DNA from: Takakia lepidozioides
Taxonomy: Eukaryota > Plantae > Bryophyta
Length of the DNA: 64,000 nucleotides
Reading direction: 5' to 3'
Assembly: GCA_030704615.1 (NCBI GenBank)
Contig: CM060734.1
Span: 60,450,001-60,514,000, forward strand
The position numbers and the translations under genes were made by a program. Every line of letters starts with the position of its first letter. The stretch's first letter is position 1. The notes under the pieces were generated by a model, which saw only the letters and a list, made by a program, of their open reading frames with translations, did no database searches and had not been told where the DNA came from. Of this stretch, positions 13,195-25,376 are shown piece after piece.

Positions 13195-16100
13195 TAGATT
13201 AACACATATTAGCACTTAATGTTAGTTGTAAACACTAATTCCCTGCCCCTGCCCGTTTTTCCTCTCCATTTCTCCTAGGTAGCTTGTCTCCTTCCTCCAT
13301 GCCATGGCCGAAGCAAAAGGTCGTGTGTTGATTAACAGGATTGATGACTTTGCCTGAAACACATAATGCATGCAAGACAAGTTGTTGAGGAGGAACTGGG
13401 CCGTGGAGAATGTGGGAGCGATTCTAGAGAGTCTAGAGCTGTGTTGGGTGTTTGTTGAAGAGGCGGTTGCCTGCAAGTAAAGTCGAGGGTAGCTTCTGAC
13501 ATTGCTATGCCAATCTACCACGTACGCAGCACAAAATCCGAGGGATTCGAGTGCAGTGCAATAAGTCCATGTTGGGCTGTGTCCTCTTACCTTGGTTTCA
13601 CTATTAAATACTCAAGAATCCAAGTGGGTTCCATGCTCTGGTGAGCAGTGTGGTGGTAAGGTGACGGCATTGCAGGTAGCGAAGTTCTGGGTTTGATTCT
13701 TTGATGGGAGGCTCTTGTAGTGTAACCCCGGTCTCTCAAGTAACCATGGTTAGTCTGGGTTATTAGTGTAACCATGGGCTCTCATGTAATCCCGTTCTCT
13801 CATGTAATCCTGATTAGTCTATTTTATACTTGGCCAAATATGGACTTAGTCAAATTTCGAGACCAAGTGTGAGTTACACCGAGTGGAGTTACACTGCATT
13901 CTGTGTAACCCCGAGTGGAGTTATACACCTCGTCATGTAACCCAATGTAACCCTTAGTGGAGTTTATACTCCTTCAGTTCCATGTCACTCTCAAGAGAGG
14001 GTGGGGAAGATTTGACATCAAGAAATTTCTTTATATAGACAACGGAATCTTTCAAGATAGGCATTTGGACCGAATCTGCCCCTCAATATTGACTACAAAT
14101 CCATGTGGTGACTTTGGGTCCCTCATTGGCTCATCTTACAACTCAATCATGATCCAAAGCTGGTAAAGGAAAAACTATACAAACAATGAACAATTCCAAA
14201 AATGTCATTATTAAAGACCTAGCTGATATTATATTGTAAATGGAGCGTTCTTACCATGGGCTCATTCAGTTTCGCTTTCATTGCTCTTTTGACTAAAGCT
14301 AGAAATAAAAACTTTCTGTATATTCCTATAAGTTGGCAGTCTCGCTGCAATTCTCGACGGGTACAAATGGGTGGGTACAACTCATGTAAAACCATGAAAA
14401 CTGCCAGTACATAAATTTGACATTACTTTGAACTCATTCACATAATGATCAGCTCTAGGATTCAATGAATTGAAAAAAAAAATCTTTCAACATCCTTGCA
14501 GTGAATCCATATAATCGCCTACTACCTCACCTACATGGTAATCTCCAATTATACATGACTATGAATGTCTCTTACTGCACTAGGATCTTGGCCAGCATAG
14601 ATTATACTAATCTCACACCCCTCGAGCAGAAAGAGAATGCTTGTACATCAGCTAAACTCTCAATGAGGTTGTACATGAAGACGAAAGTAACAGCTCACTA
14701 TTGGGAAAGTACTCAGCACTTCGACAGTGATTTGCAATAGGTACTAGAGCTGATGCAAATCCATGTATGCTCTTTCTAGCCATGCATCCAACTGATGTGC
14801 GCATCCACCAAAATGTTCGTTGTATTCTACCATGTTGTGTTCTATGCATTCATTTCTCTATACTGGTATGCCCAGCCCCTGCTGGATTCCTTCAAGCTTC
14901 AACGATAGCAAAGATGGAGACCCTGAAGCATGGCGATCTTTCCTAGCTCAAACCACTGTCGCTTTCTAGTGAGACTAGACCATTGGCAGTCGGAAATCTA
15001 TATATTACTAAGAGTGTAGTCTCAGGTGCAAGAATATCTATAAGAACAAGTTGATCGTTTGAAAAAACACTCCAAGAACATTTCGAAGATCTTCACTTTG
15101 GTGATCACACAATCCATTTTGAGAAATAATTGGGCTATGAAAGCTATGAAAGCTCCTTTAAAAGTATCAACCTTTGGGAATGTCTTCCATGCGGAGCTTG
15201 GCAGAGAGACAACATTGTTATCCCTTCTCAAACCTCAAAAAAGATAAAAGAAACACGTAGTAGAGAGAAATCATTGCACTGGATACAACATGTGGTCATT
15301 GTGGTCATTGTGGGCAATCCACATGGTCAATGTGTCAATGGATTGACCATGCACATTCAATCTTTCAATGTGCATATTTTATTTTCTTGCCTCGTGAAAG
15401 TTTAGGCTTCTTCTGTCAACATAGAAGATGACTCTATCATGAGGTTGAGGGAGGGGAAAGATGTGACTACAGCCAGGCCAAGCTCAATCTCAGTTTTCTT
15501 AACTGACTTTTATTTTTGAAAGGGGGCAATCCCTTGGAGAGAGCATGGGTGAGATGATGCCAATGGGAGTTGATATAAATAAGAGTCTCTTCCCCTTGCA
15601 CTGTTAAAGAGGAGGGTTGTAAATTGAAGTCTAGTTTGATCTGTTTCAACCGGACACAATACCTATGCCACAAGAATGTAAGCATGACCCAACCCACGCT
15701 CACACACAAAAAGACATACATGAGGATGCATTAAACATAGAATTCTAACCATACTTGATGTACACAACCTCTTCCCAAATTCATGTGTTGCATAGCATCT
15801 ATTAACTCTAAATACAGCTCTATTGTGTCAAGCCAAAAAAAACTATGGACAGGTATCTTTCTTGTGATTTGAGAGCTTATTTGAGAGCTTAGGAAGTAAG
15901 CAGCATAGCCAGCAGACTAAGAAAAAAATATGGAAGACAAATATGGACCTAGACATGTATATGGTCGAGTGGTATTGTACGGGTAAAGAATATGACAACA
16001 CCTCGCGTAGAGATTGGGAGGGAAAATAGGGGATAGTCAGCAAATGATACAAAACTATCTTTACCTACAGGGTGGTGTAAATGATGGTAGAATCAAAAGC

Positions 16101-16309
16101 AAACAGAAGCCATAGCTGCCAACTACAACACATGTAACACATTGTTGTTATTTGATTGCACAGTTGTAGAGTAGGCAAAGGTTACCCTTGGCAAAACACA
16201 ACTCATCCAGCATTATGTTGGTGTAGGCAATGTAAAATCCCTCTCAAGAGCTCAGTTCGCCAACTTTCAAAATCTCGAGGCAGACCTTCCTCAAGGCTGA
16301 GCCCTGGGT

Positions 16310-19300
16310 TTAATTGCTGGGTAGCTCTGGATGCAGTTTGTCATGTACCACAAAATTGTGGACCCGGTTGCCGATCTCCATGTAGCAGGAACCTGGTTGC
16401 TTTCGGACACCTCTGATTTTCATCATTGTTCTTACCTTTGCAGTATCATCCCACTTGCCATCTGCGGCATAGATATTTGATAGCAGCACATTAGTAGTAG
16501 CATCATGTCGATCCCGTCTTAGAATAAATTTTGCCGCTCGTTCTGCCACCTCCACATTGCCATGAATTCTGCAGGCACCAAGCAAGGCTTTCCACACCAC
16601 CACATTTGGTTGGACTGGCATTTCGTTATTGAAGTCCTTAGCCTCAGATTTAGGGGTTTTCATCGATTTCCAAACTTCGTGCTCATACTTTTGCCCACTA
16701 CATCGGTGTAACAATAACTTGATTGTTACCAGAATGCTCTTATGTTCCATAGAATATAGCCAGTGATGAACAATCTGACTGCTAAGTAATACCAATGTCT
16801 TTAGCAACATGGGCCGCAAAGCTACAAAAAACAATGTCTTCGAGTGCGTTGCTTTCTCCTTTAGCAACATTAGCACCTCTCCTTGAAGATGAGTTTGATC
16901 TCTCATTCTTGCTGTTTTTGGGGGGCAACATTAGACCAGTGTATGCACTGCTGAGTATTAATTATAAAGTTATGCCTAGATTATTCTCCACTATTCCACC
17001 CACAACAGGATCGTGCTCTAGGGAGAAATGAAGGCATGTTGTCTCAAGGCCCTACACCAACTCGGCCTGAGTACACCACAATCAATCCTCGTCCAGCAAT
17101 GGTTGTTTGCAGACGTTTGTAAAAATAAGGACCTGAAGATTCATAGAACATCAATACAGCTCCATAGGTATATCGACGTACAAAACCTCTATTTCTCTTG
17201 TTGCAACATGCATCTCACAGCTCACTTGAACCCTAATAGGCAAACCATACATTTACTATTGTACCTCATGTGGCACGAACACGAGGGTGTCCTCAGGTTT
17301 GAGTAGTGTATCAAGCTCATCTTTGACAGGTCCAATCAGTACTCGGTATAACTTCTCGAGCACTGTCCTCATAGCCTTCTCTTCCTGTGAGTTGGAAACA
17401 ATTAGGGTAGGATATATAGCATTGTTTGACTTTGACCATCAGGCCAAAAATATCTCTGACAATACTGAACAGTTCAGAAACAATGAGGAAGAACTAGCCA
17501 TCTCTGACATTGATTAACTTTAAATAAAAGTTACATCATCAATAATCTGGTGTCTTTTTCGCCTCTCCTGGGCTTCGACAGCCAGTCTTTGAATCTTTGC
17601 AACCAGACCAGGGATCCAAGGATTGTAGTACTTCATCCTGGTTCCATAGGGATTTATTGCAAAAAGAAGCTTGTGCACTGCTGCCGCTTCCAATGTTTCA
17701 GCCCTGCACAGCCAATAAGGTCCACCATGCAGCCGAAGCGCTCCACTATAAAATTGAGGCCATGATCTCAACTCAGAGAATCGAAGTAGTGTCTGCCTTC
17801 ATCCACTAGGCCCCCATGGCTACATGCTTGTAGAACACTTAAAAAGGTGATACCATTTAGCTTGAAGCCTTCCTTTTGCATACCTTCAAATAGTTGTGCA
17901 GGGCTTCCCTACGACAACCATGTTGGGCATATCCTACAATCATTGTACTCCATGAAACCACATTTCGTTTAGCCATTTTGTCAAACACTCCCTTTGCATC
18001 CTTGACACTCCCGCATTTAGCATACATGTCCATAAGGACAGTGTCCAGAATGACACCTAGTACAATTCCAACTTTCATGATGTCAGCATGGACTTCTTTG
18101 CCCTTTCCGAGAGCTGCCAGGCAGGCACAAACATTGCAAGAAAAAACAAGTGTGACATGGTCAGGCTTCGCCCCTTCCCAAATCATTCGCTCATAGGTCC
18201 CCAAAGTCTCCTCCAGCATCCATGCTGGGCATATCATGTGATCATCGCATTCCAGGACACCAAATTTCGTTCAGCCATAGTGTCATTTGAACACTCCTTT
18301 TGCATCTTCGATGCTCCCACATTTCACATACATGGCCACAAGGGTACTGTTCAGAATGGTATCTGATACAATTCCAGTTCTCAAGAGGTCAGCATGGACC
18401 TCTTTGCCTTTTTCCAGGGCTACCAAGCTCGCACACACATTACAAATGCAACCAAACGTGACTTGGTTGGGCTTCACCCCTTCCCGCATCATCTGCTTAT
18501 AGGTCTCCAAAGCCTCCATCCCAAACCCAGGTTGGACATATCCTGCGATCATCGCACTAAATGACACCACATTTTGTTCAGTCATTTTGTCAAAAACTCC
18601 CTTTGCATCTTTGATGCTTCCACATTTGGCATACATGTCTACCAGGGCACTATCCAGAATGACACCTGGTAGAATTCCAGCTTTCATGATGTCAGCATGG
18701 ACCTGTTTGCCTTTTTTCAGGTTGCCAGGCTCGCACACGCATCGCGAATGCAATGAACGTGACCTGGTTGGGCTTCACTCCTTCCCGCATCATTTGCTCA
18801 TAGGTCTCCAAAGCCTCCATCCCACACTCATGCCGCGCATATCCTGCAATCCTAGCACTCCATGACACACATTTTGTTCACTGTTGAACACTCCCTTTGC
18901 ATCCTGGATGCTCCTACATTTAGCATACATATTCATCAGTGGCAGTGTTCAGAACGACATCTGGTACATTCCAGCTTTGATGATGTCACCATGGACCTCT
19001 TTGCCCTTTTCGGGGGCTGCAAAGCTTGCACATGCATTGCAAATGCAAACGAACGTGATATGGTTGGGCTCTCACCCCTTCCTGCATCATTTGCTCATAA
19101 GTCTCCAACGCATTCCTACCACACCCATGCTCGGTAAATCCTGCAATCATTAAATTCCACGTGATGAAACCTCGTTCAAGCATTTCCTTGAACACTTGGT
19201 GTGCATCCATGATGCTCCCACACTAAACATACATGTTGACCACGGTGTTGTGTATAAAAAACATTGGGTTTGAATCCACTTTGGATAATGTGAGCGTGCA

Positions 19301-19360
19301 CCTGCTTTCCAGCTTCCAGGCCTTTCATCTTGGTGCACTTATACAAGCAAACCAAGTTCA
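16310..19360 (-). pseudogene. PLS-E PPR pseudogene, an inverted paralog of the 22-25 kb gene, lacking a DYW domain
   Basis: PPR motifs split across several frames (LVDMYAKCGSIKDAKGVFDKM; VVVWKALLGACRIHGNVE..LLSNIYAADGKWDD..PGSCYMEIGNRVHNF). It has multiple frameshifts, an ~1.05 kb insertion (~16648-17697) in S2, and ends after HDKLHP. Confidence 0.92.
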
Positions 19361-20116
19361 CTCAAACTCCTTCACATCCTACATGAAGAAAACGCACCTT
19401 GTCGACGTCCCACAATTGTGAAGGATCTTGTAAACATGCGAAGGGCCGCATTCGAATCGTCAGCTCCGCCATGTGCGTGCGGACAGCTGCGAAAAGCACG
19501 CAAATATCACCCTATGGCCATATATGAGTATGTGTGACATCATGGTATGTGAGGCCGGCCGTCATCACGGGATGATTGCAACACATGAATAAACCGATAC
19601 GGCTGGGGGCTGGGCGGGCCCGGGGGGGAGGGGCGCTGGGGGTGGAGGGCGGGACGGGGTGGCGCGGGCGGGGGGTGATGGGGGGGAGGGGGTCCCGGGC
19701 CGCGGCGACCGCGAGCCGCGCAGGAGCCGGCGAAGTGGGTGCGTCTGGGGGCGTGGGGGGTGCCACGCAGGCAGGACCTGCTCTCAGCGTATCAGGTATG
19801 CCAAATTTCTAATTTCGCTTATCATTTGGGCCCTGAGTTGTGGGGCATTGAGTGCTTTCTGTCAGTAAAATGTCTGCTCTGATTCAGTAAAACTATGACT
19901 CTCCCTCCCTGGTCGTTTTCAGAGACCACTCTACAATCTCCAGACTGCAAACATAAGCTGGGTTAGCATCTGTGTAGGTCTGGACATGTTCGTTGTTCCT
20001 CATCGTGTGGAGCCCAATGGAGCCCAAAACAACTTTCATGAATGTTGTTGAAAGCTCACGAGCACCCCTCAGTAAAGGACCTTGTCAAAATGTTGATGCC
20101 GTTGGATTTTCGAGCA

Positions 20117-22200
20117 CAAACCTCCACCTTGGAGCACGGAGCAGAGCTGGCGTAAGTTTTTTAAAGATCCTTCACGATGGTGGGACAACCGCAATCGCAA
20201 GGTGTGGCTTTTTCTTAATGTACGATGTGAAGAAGTTTGTCCATCCTGCAAATGTGGGCTCTTGCTGTTAGTACCATGATTTCGTATTCTTCTTGATGTT
20301 CACAAGGTTCTTGGGGAGTCAGCTTGGTCTTAGCAGGCCGTGTTTCAATCTCTGCCTGCTCAGCTGTACCGTGGTGGTTCTCACAGACCGATCCGACATT
20401 ACCTGACTACAGACACAAGCAGCGCACACAAGAGGTCCTTTTGGGTTGATGGTCGGTTGAATCCTCCGTGGGTCATGACACAAGGTCAAGGACAATGTGG
20501 TGAAGGCTCATTCTTCTTCAACCTATTTCAGCCTGTTTTTCCCTCTCATATTGAATTCTGTAAGTTAGCTCGTGGGGTGGATCTGTGGTGGTTTGGAGTG
20601 ACTTTGACAAGTTATTGCCGATGTGGCAGCAGGAAAGTATCCAAAAACAGATAACAGAGATGAGGAGAAGCTTTGGAATGGACACTTTTCGGACCCCAGA
20701 CAATGGTGGGACAATGGAGACAAAAAGGTGAATGCCTGTTGGACTACAGAGAGAAGCAGATGCAATTCAGAATTGGAACTACTGTAATAAGTAGGGTTGG
20801 GGTGTTCGCTGGAAGAACTTCAGGCCATCAGTGTCAGCTGCTAGCAGCAAGGCTGAGGATGTATTCATGATTTGTACACAGGTAGGGATAGCTGAAGGAC
20901 CAGGGATAGAGGTCCAGATTCATCCAAGAGGGCCGGATTTCAAACACAAGATTACTTCTGATTCCCTGTGGATCCATAGCTACAAGAAATCTGCGTGGGT
21001 AGATGGTCAACTGGAAACAGCAGCGGCAGCAGAACAATTAATAGAACAAGGCACTGCTAATGAAGGCACCTTCTTCAACACATTTCAGCCTGTTTTTCCC
21101 TGTTGTCAGAGTCGTCCCTAATTTTTGAAGTTGAATTCTGCAAGTTAGCTCGTTGGTGGATCTATGGTGGTTTTGGAGTGATTTTGACATGTTACTGCCA
21201 ATGTGGCAACAGGAAAGTATTGAAAAACAGATAACAGAGACGAGGAGAAGCTCTGGAATGAATACGTTTCCGACCCCAGTCAATGGTGAAACAATCGAGG
21301 CAAAAAGGTGAATGCCTGTTGGAAGCAGACGCAAGTCAGCAGAGGAACTAGTGTGATAAGCTGAGTTGGGTGTTTCCTAGAACAAATCTAGGCTGTCATT
21401 GTCAGCTGCTAGCAGCAAGGCAGATGCATGCATGATTTGTGCAGAGGCATGGATAGCTGAAGGAGCAGGGATAGAGTGTGGGTCCAGATTCATCCAAGAG
21501 GGCCAAATTTCAAGCACAAGATTACCTATGATTACCTGTGGATCAATAGCTACAAGAAACCTGCATGGGTAGATGGTCAACTGGAAGCCGCCGCAGCAGC
21601 GGCACAATCGATACAATCAGGCACTGCTAATCAAGGTACCTTCTTCAACACATTTCACCCTGTTTTTCCCTCTTATCAGAATCGCCCCTAAATTTTCATG
21701 TTGAATTCTGCAAGTTAGCTGGTTGAGTGAATCTAGTTTGGAGTGACTTTGACATGATACTGCCAATGTGACACAGGAAAGTATCCAAAAACAGGTAACA
21801 GAGACGAGGAGAAGCTGTGGAATGAATACTTTTCTGACCCCAGTCAATGGTGGGACAACCGAGGCAAAAAGGTGAATGCCTGTTAGATTACAGAGAGTAG
21901 CAGACGCAATTCAGCATAGGAACTAGTGTGATAAGCTGAGTTGGGTGTTTCCTAGAACAAATCTAGGCTGTCATTGTCAGCTGCTAGCAGCAAGGCAAGG
22001 ATGAATGCATGATTTGTGCAGAGGCATGGACAGCTGAAGGAGCAGGGATAGTGTGTGGGTCCAGATTCATCCAAGAGGGCCAGATTTCAAGCACAAGATT
22101 ACCTATGATTCCCTGTGGATCAATAGCTACAAGAAACCTGCATGGGTAGATGGTCAACTAAAGGCAGCAGCTGCAGTGGCACAGTTGATAAAATCAGGCA
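20117..22200 (+). repeat. Tandem array (~570-580 bp unit) of two-exon OSB-type PDF motifs: 4 copies, the upstream ones degenerate
   Basis: Exon a (20651-20727, 21231-21307, 21795-21871) reads DEEKLWNEYFSDPSQWWDNRGKK. Exon b (from 20918, 21488, 22065) reads IHPRGPDFKHKITYDSLWINSYKKPAWVDGQL. A diverged first copy (~20117-20505: WRKFFKDPSRWWDNRNRK/PDYRHK) is frameshifted, and copy 3a has a TGA at 21287. Confidence 0.85.
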
Positions 22201-25200
22201 CCTCAACCATGACCACAGCTTCTGCAAGACGATCAAGAGAGGGAGTCCACAATGCCTCTTCTGGCACTTCTGGGCATGTGAAGATGCTTTGTGAGGTAGG
22301 CAGACTGACAGAGGCTCTACAGACTTTAAACCGAGGAAGCATTTCAGCAGACTCAGATACGTATGTCCGTCTCTTGCTTAAGTGCATGAAGATGAAAGGT
22401 CTGGAAGCTGGAAAGCAGGTGCACACTCACATTATCCAAAGTGGATTCACGCCAAATGTTTATCTACTCAACACCCTTGTCAACATGTATGTTAAGTGCG
22501 GGAGCATCATGGATGCTCACCAAGTGTTCAACAGAATGCCTCAACGATCTTTGATCACGTGGAATATAATGTTGGCAGGATTTAGCAAGCATGGGTGTGG
22601 TAGGAATGCTTTGGAGACCTACGAGCAAATGCTGCGCGAAGGGGTGAAGCCCAACCACATCACATTTGTTTGTGTTTGCAATGCATGTGCAAGCCTGGGA
22701 GCTCTGGAAAAGGGGAAAGAGGTCCATGCTGACATCATCAAAGCTGGAATTGTACCAGATGTCATTCTGAACACTACCCTGGTGGACATGTATGCCAAAT
22801 GTGGGTGCATTGAGGATGCGAAGGGAGTTTTCAACTCTATGGCTGAACGAGATGTGGTGTCGTGGAACGCGATGCTTGCAGGGTATGCACAGCAGGGACG
22901 TGGTATGGAGGCTTTGGAGACCTATGATCAAATGATGGGGGAAGGGGTGAAGCCCAACCACATCACGTTTGTGAGCATTTGTAATGCTTGTGCAAGCCTG
23001 GCAGCCCTGGAAAAGCGCAAAGAGGTGCATGGTGACATCATCAAAGCTGGAATTGTACCAAATGTCATTCTGAACACTGCCCGGGCAGCTCTGGAAAAGG
23101 GCAAAGAGGTCCATGGCGACATCATCAGAGCTGGAATTGTACCAACTGTCATTCTGAACAATACCCTGGTGGACATGTATGCAAAATGTGGGTGCATCGA
23201 GGATGCAAAGGGAGTGTTTGACACTATGGCTGAACGAGATGTGGTGTCGTGGAATGCGATGCTTGCAGGGTATGCACAGCAGGGACGTGGTATGGAGGCT
23301 TTGGAGACCTATGATCACATGATGGGGGAAGGGGTGAAGCCCGACCACATCACGTTTGTGTGCATTTGCAATGCGTGTGCAAGCCTGGCAGCTCTGGAAA
23401 AGGGCAAAGAGGTCCATGGCGACATTGTCAGAGCTGGAATCGCACCAAATGTCATTCTGAACAATACCCTCGTGGACATGTATGCCAAATGTGGGTGCAT
23501 CGAGGATGCAAAGGGAGTGTTTGACAGTATGGCTGAACGAGATCTGGTGTCGTGGAGCACGATGATTGCAGGATATGCACAGCAAGGGCGCGGGATGGAG
23601 GCTTTGGAGGCCTATGAGCAAATGATGCGGGAAGGGGTGAAGCCCGACCCCATCACGTTTGTTTCCGTTTGCCATGCGTGTGCAAGCCTGGCAGCCCTGG
23701 AAAAGGGCAAAGAGGTCCATGGCGACATCGTCAAATCTGGAATTGTACCAAATGTCATTCTGAACAATACCCTCGTGGACATGTATGGAAAATGTGGGTG
23801 CATCGAGGATGCGAAGGGAGTGTTCGACAGTATGGCTGAACGAAATGTGGTGTCCTGGAGCGCGATGATTGCAGGATATGCACAGCAAGGGCGCGGGATG
23901 GAGGCTTTGGAGACCTATGAGCAAATGATGCGGGAAGGGGTGAAGCCCAACCACATCACGTTTGTTTGCATTTGCAATGCGTGTGCAAGCCTGGCAGCCC
24001 TGGAAAAGGGCAAAGAGGTCCATGTTAACATCGTCAAATCTGGAATTGTGCCAAATGTCATTCTGAACACTGCCCTGGTGGACATGTATGCAAAATGTGG
24101 GTGCATCGAGGATGCGAAGGGAGTGTTCGACAGTATGGCTGAACGAGATGTGGTGTCGTGGAGTGCGATGATTGCAGGATATGCACAGCAAGGGCGCGGG
24201 ATGGAGGCTTTGGAGACCTATGAGCAAATGATGTGCGAAGGGGTGAAGCCCAACCACATAACGTTTGTTTGCGTCTGCAATGCGTGTGCAAGCCTGGCAG
24301 CCCTGGAAAAGGGCAAAGAGGTCCATGGTGTCATCGTCAAATCTGGAATTGTACCCGATGTCATTCTGAATACTGCCCTGGTGGACATGTATGCCAAATG
24401 TGGGAGCATTGAGGATGCGAAGGGAGTGTTCAACAATATGGCTGAACGAAACGTGGTGTCATGGAACGCGATGATCGCAGGATATGCCCAGCATGGTTGT
24501 CATAGGGAGGTCCTGCAACTATTTGAAGGAATGCAAAAGAATGGTTTGAAGCCGGACAGTGTCACCTTTATATGTGTTCTCTCTTCATGCAGCCACACTG
24601 GCCTACTGAATGAAGGAAGACGCTACTTTGATTCCCTGAGTCAAGATCATGGTGTCACTCCGACAGTAAAGCACTTTGGCTGTATGGTGGACCTTCTTGG
24701 ACGTGTGGGACAACTGGATGAGGCAGTGGATCTGATTAATAAGATGCCAATGAATCCAGATGTTGTGGTGTGGAAGGCCTTGCTTGGTGCCTGCAGAATC
24801 CATGGCAATGTGGAGATGGCTGAACGTGCGGCAACATCTATCCTCAAGTGGGATGAACAGGATGCCGCGACTTATGTGTTGCTATCAAACATCTATGCTG
24901 CAGCTGGCAGGTGGGATGATACTGCAAAGGTGAGAAGAATGATGAAGGTCAGAGGGGTTAGAAAGGAGCCAGGTCGCTGCTGCATTGAGGTTGGCAAGAG
25001 GGTGCACACCTTCGTTGTAGATGACCAGTTGCATCCCAGAATTAAGGAAATCCATGCTGAGCTGAGAAGATTGTCTGGGCCGATGAAGGAGGCGGGGTAT
25101 GTGCCTGACACGCGCTTTGTATTGCATGATGTGGGGGACGAGGAAAAGGAATTTTCTCTTTGCCACCACAGTGAGAAGCTGGCCATTGGTTTTGGGCTGA

Positions 25201-25376
25201 TCAGCACGACCCCTAGGACGCCTCTCCGTCTCATCAAGAATCTTCGGGTGTGTGGTGACTGCCATACCTCCACCAAGTTCATCTCAAAGATTGTTGGCCG
25301 TGCAATTGTTGTACGGGACGCTAACCGCTTTCACCACTTTGAAGAGGGGGTTTGTTCTTGTGAGGATTACTGGTGA
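22065..25376 (+). CDS. PLS-class PPR protein with E1/E2 and DYW cytidine-deaminase domain (organellar C-to-U RNA editing factor type); 5' end in frame with a PDF-motif exon
   Basis: 1107-aa open frame with repeated P-L-S triplets, P2-L2-S2, E1/E2, PG box (KEPGRCCIEV), HSEKLA, CGDCH and terminal CSCEDYW. Acceptor CAG at 22064; alternative internal ATG at 22209. Confidence 0.97.
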   Translation: MHPRGPDFKHKITYDSLWINSYKKPAWVDGQLKAAAAVAQLIKSGTSTMTTASARRSREGVHNASSGTSGHVKMLCEVGRLTEALQTLNRGSISADSDTYVRLLLKCMKMKGLEAGKQVHTHIIQSGFTPNVYLLNTLVNMYVKCGSIMDAHQVFNRMPQRSLITWNIMLAGFSKHGCGRNALETYEQMLREGVKPNHITFVCVCNACASLGALEKGKEVHADIIKAGIVPDVILNTTLVDMYAKCGCIEDAKGVFNSMAERDVVSWNAMLAGYAQQGRGMEALETYDQMMGEGVKPNHITFVSICNACASLAALEKRKEVHGDIIKAGIVPNVILNTARAALEKGKEVHGDIIRAGIVPTVILNNTLVDMYAKCGCIEDAKGVFDTMAERDVVSWNAMLAGYAQQGRGMEALETYDHMMGEGVKPDHITFVCICNACASLAALEKGKEVHGDIVRAGIAPNVILNNTLVDMYAKCGCIEDAKGVFDSMAERDLVSWSTMIAGYAQQGRGMEALEAYEQMMREGVKPDPITFVSVCHACASLAALEKGKEVHGDIVKSGIVPNVILNNTLVDMYGKCGCIEDAKGVFDSMAERNVVSWSAMIAGYAQQGRGMEALETYEQMMREGVKPNHITFVCICNACASLAALEKGKEVHVNIVKSGIVPNVILNTALVDMYAKCGCIEDAKGVFDSMAERDVVSWSAMIAGYAQQGRGMEALETYEQMMCEGVKPNHITFVCVCNACASLAALEKGKEVHGVIVKSGIVPDVILNTALVDMYAKCGSIEDAKGVFNNMAERNVVSWNAMIAGYAQHGCHREVLQLFEGMQKNGLKPDSVTFICVLSSCSHTGLLNEGRRYFDSLSQDHGVTPTVKHFGCMVDLLGRVGQLDEAVDLINKMPMNPDVVVWKALLGACRIHGNVEMAERAATSILKWDEQDAATYVLLSNIYAAAGRWDDTAKVRRMMKVRGVRKEPGRCCIEVGKRVHTFVVDDQLHPRIKEIHAELRRLSGPMKEAGYVPDTRFVLHDVGDEEKEFSLCHHSEKLAIGFGLISTTPRTPLRLIKNLRVCGDCHTSTKFISKIVGRAIVVRDANRFHHFEEGVCSCEDYW

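Larger units (their letters stand above)
11138..14020. repeat. Long inverted-repeat (foldback-like) element with arms ~11138-12005 and ~13590-14020, hosting nested insertions
   Basis: ATGTCAAATCTTCCCCACC..CTTGAGAGTGACATGGAACTGAAGGAG and the GTTACA/TGTAAC-rich blocks are reverse-complemented at 13590-14020. The arms are diverged and no TSD was identified. Confidence 0.75.
10684..19008 (+). repeat. Segmental duplication, copy 1
   Basis: Sequence from GTTTATTAATTTGAACCAGCTACC (10684) is repeated nearly identically from 55662 to the window end (64000 corresponds to 19008). The ORF track shows paired near-identical peptides. Confidence 0.98.

Noticed and set aside
12712-13202. Overlapping Arg/Pro-rich ORFs (also at 57668-58212)
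   Set aside because: They arise from GC-rich CACTA subterminal repeats that lack stop codons.
22464-24326. 620-aa antisense ORF
   Set aside because: It is the antisense shadow of the repetitive PPR coding strand.
24960-25376. U-to-C (KP-type) DYW editor
   Set aside because: The PG box, HSEKLA and terminal DYW are canonical for the C-to-U type.
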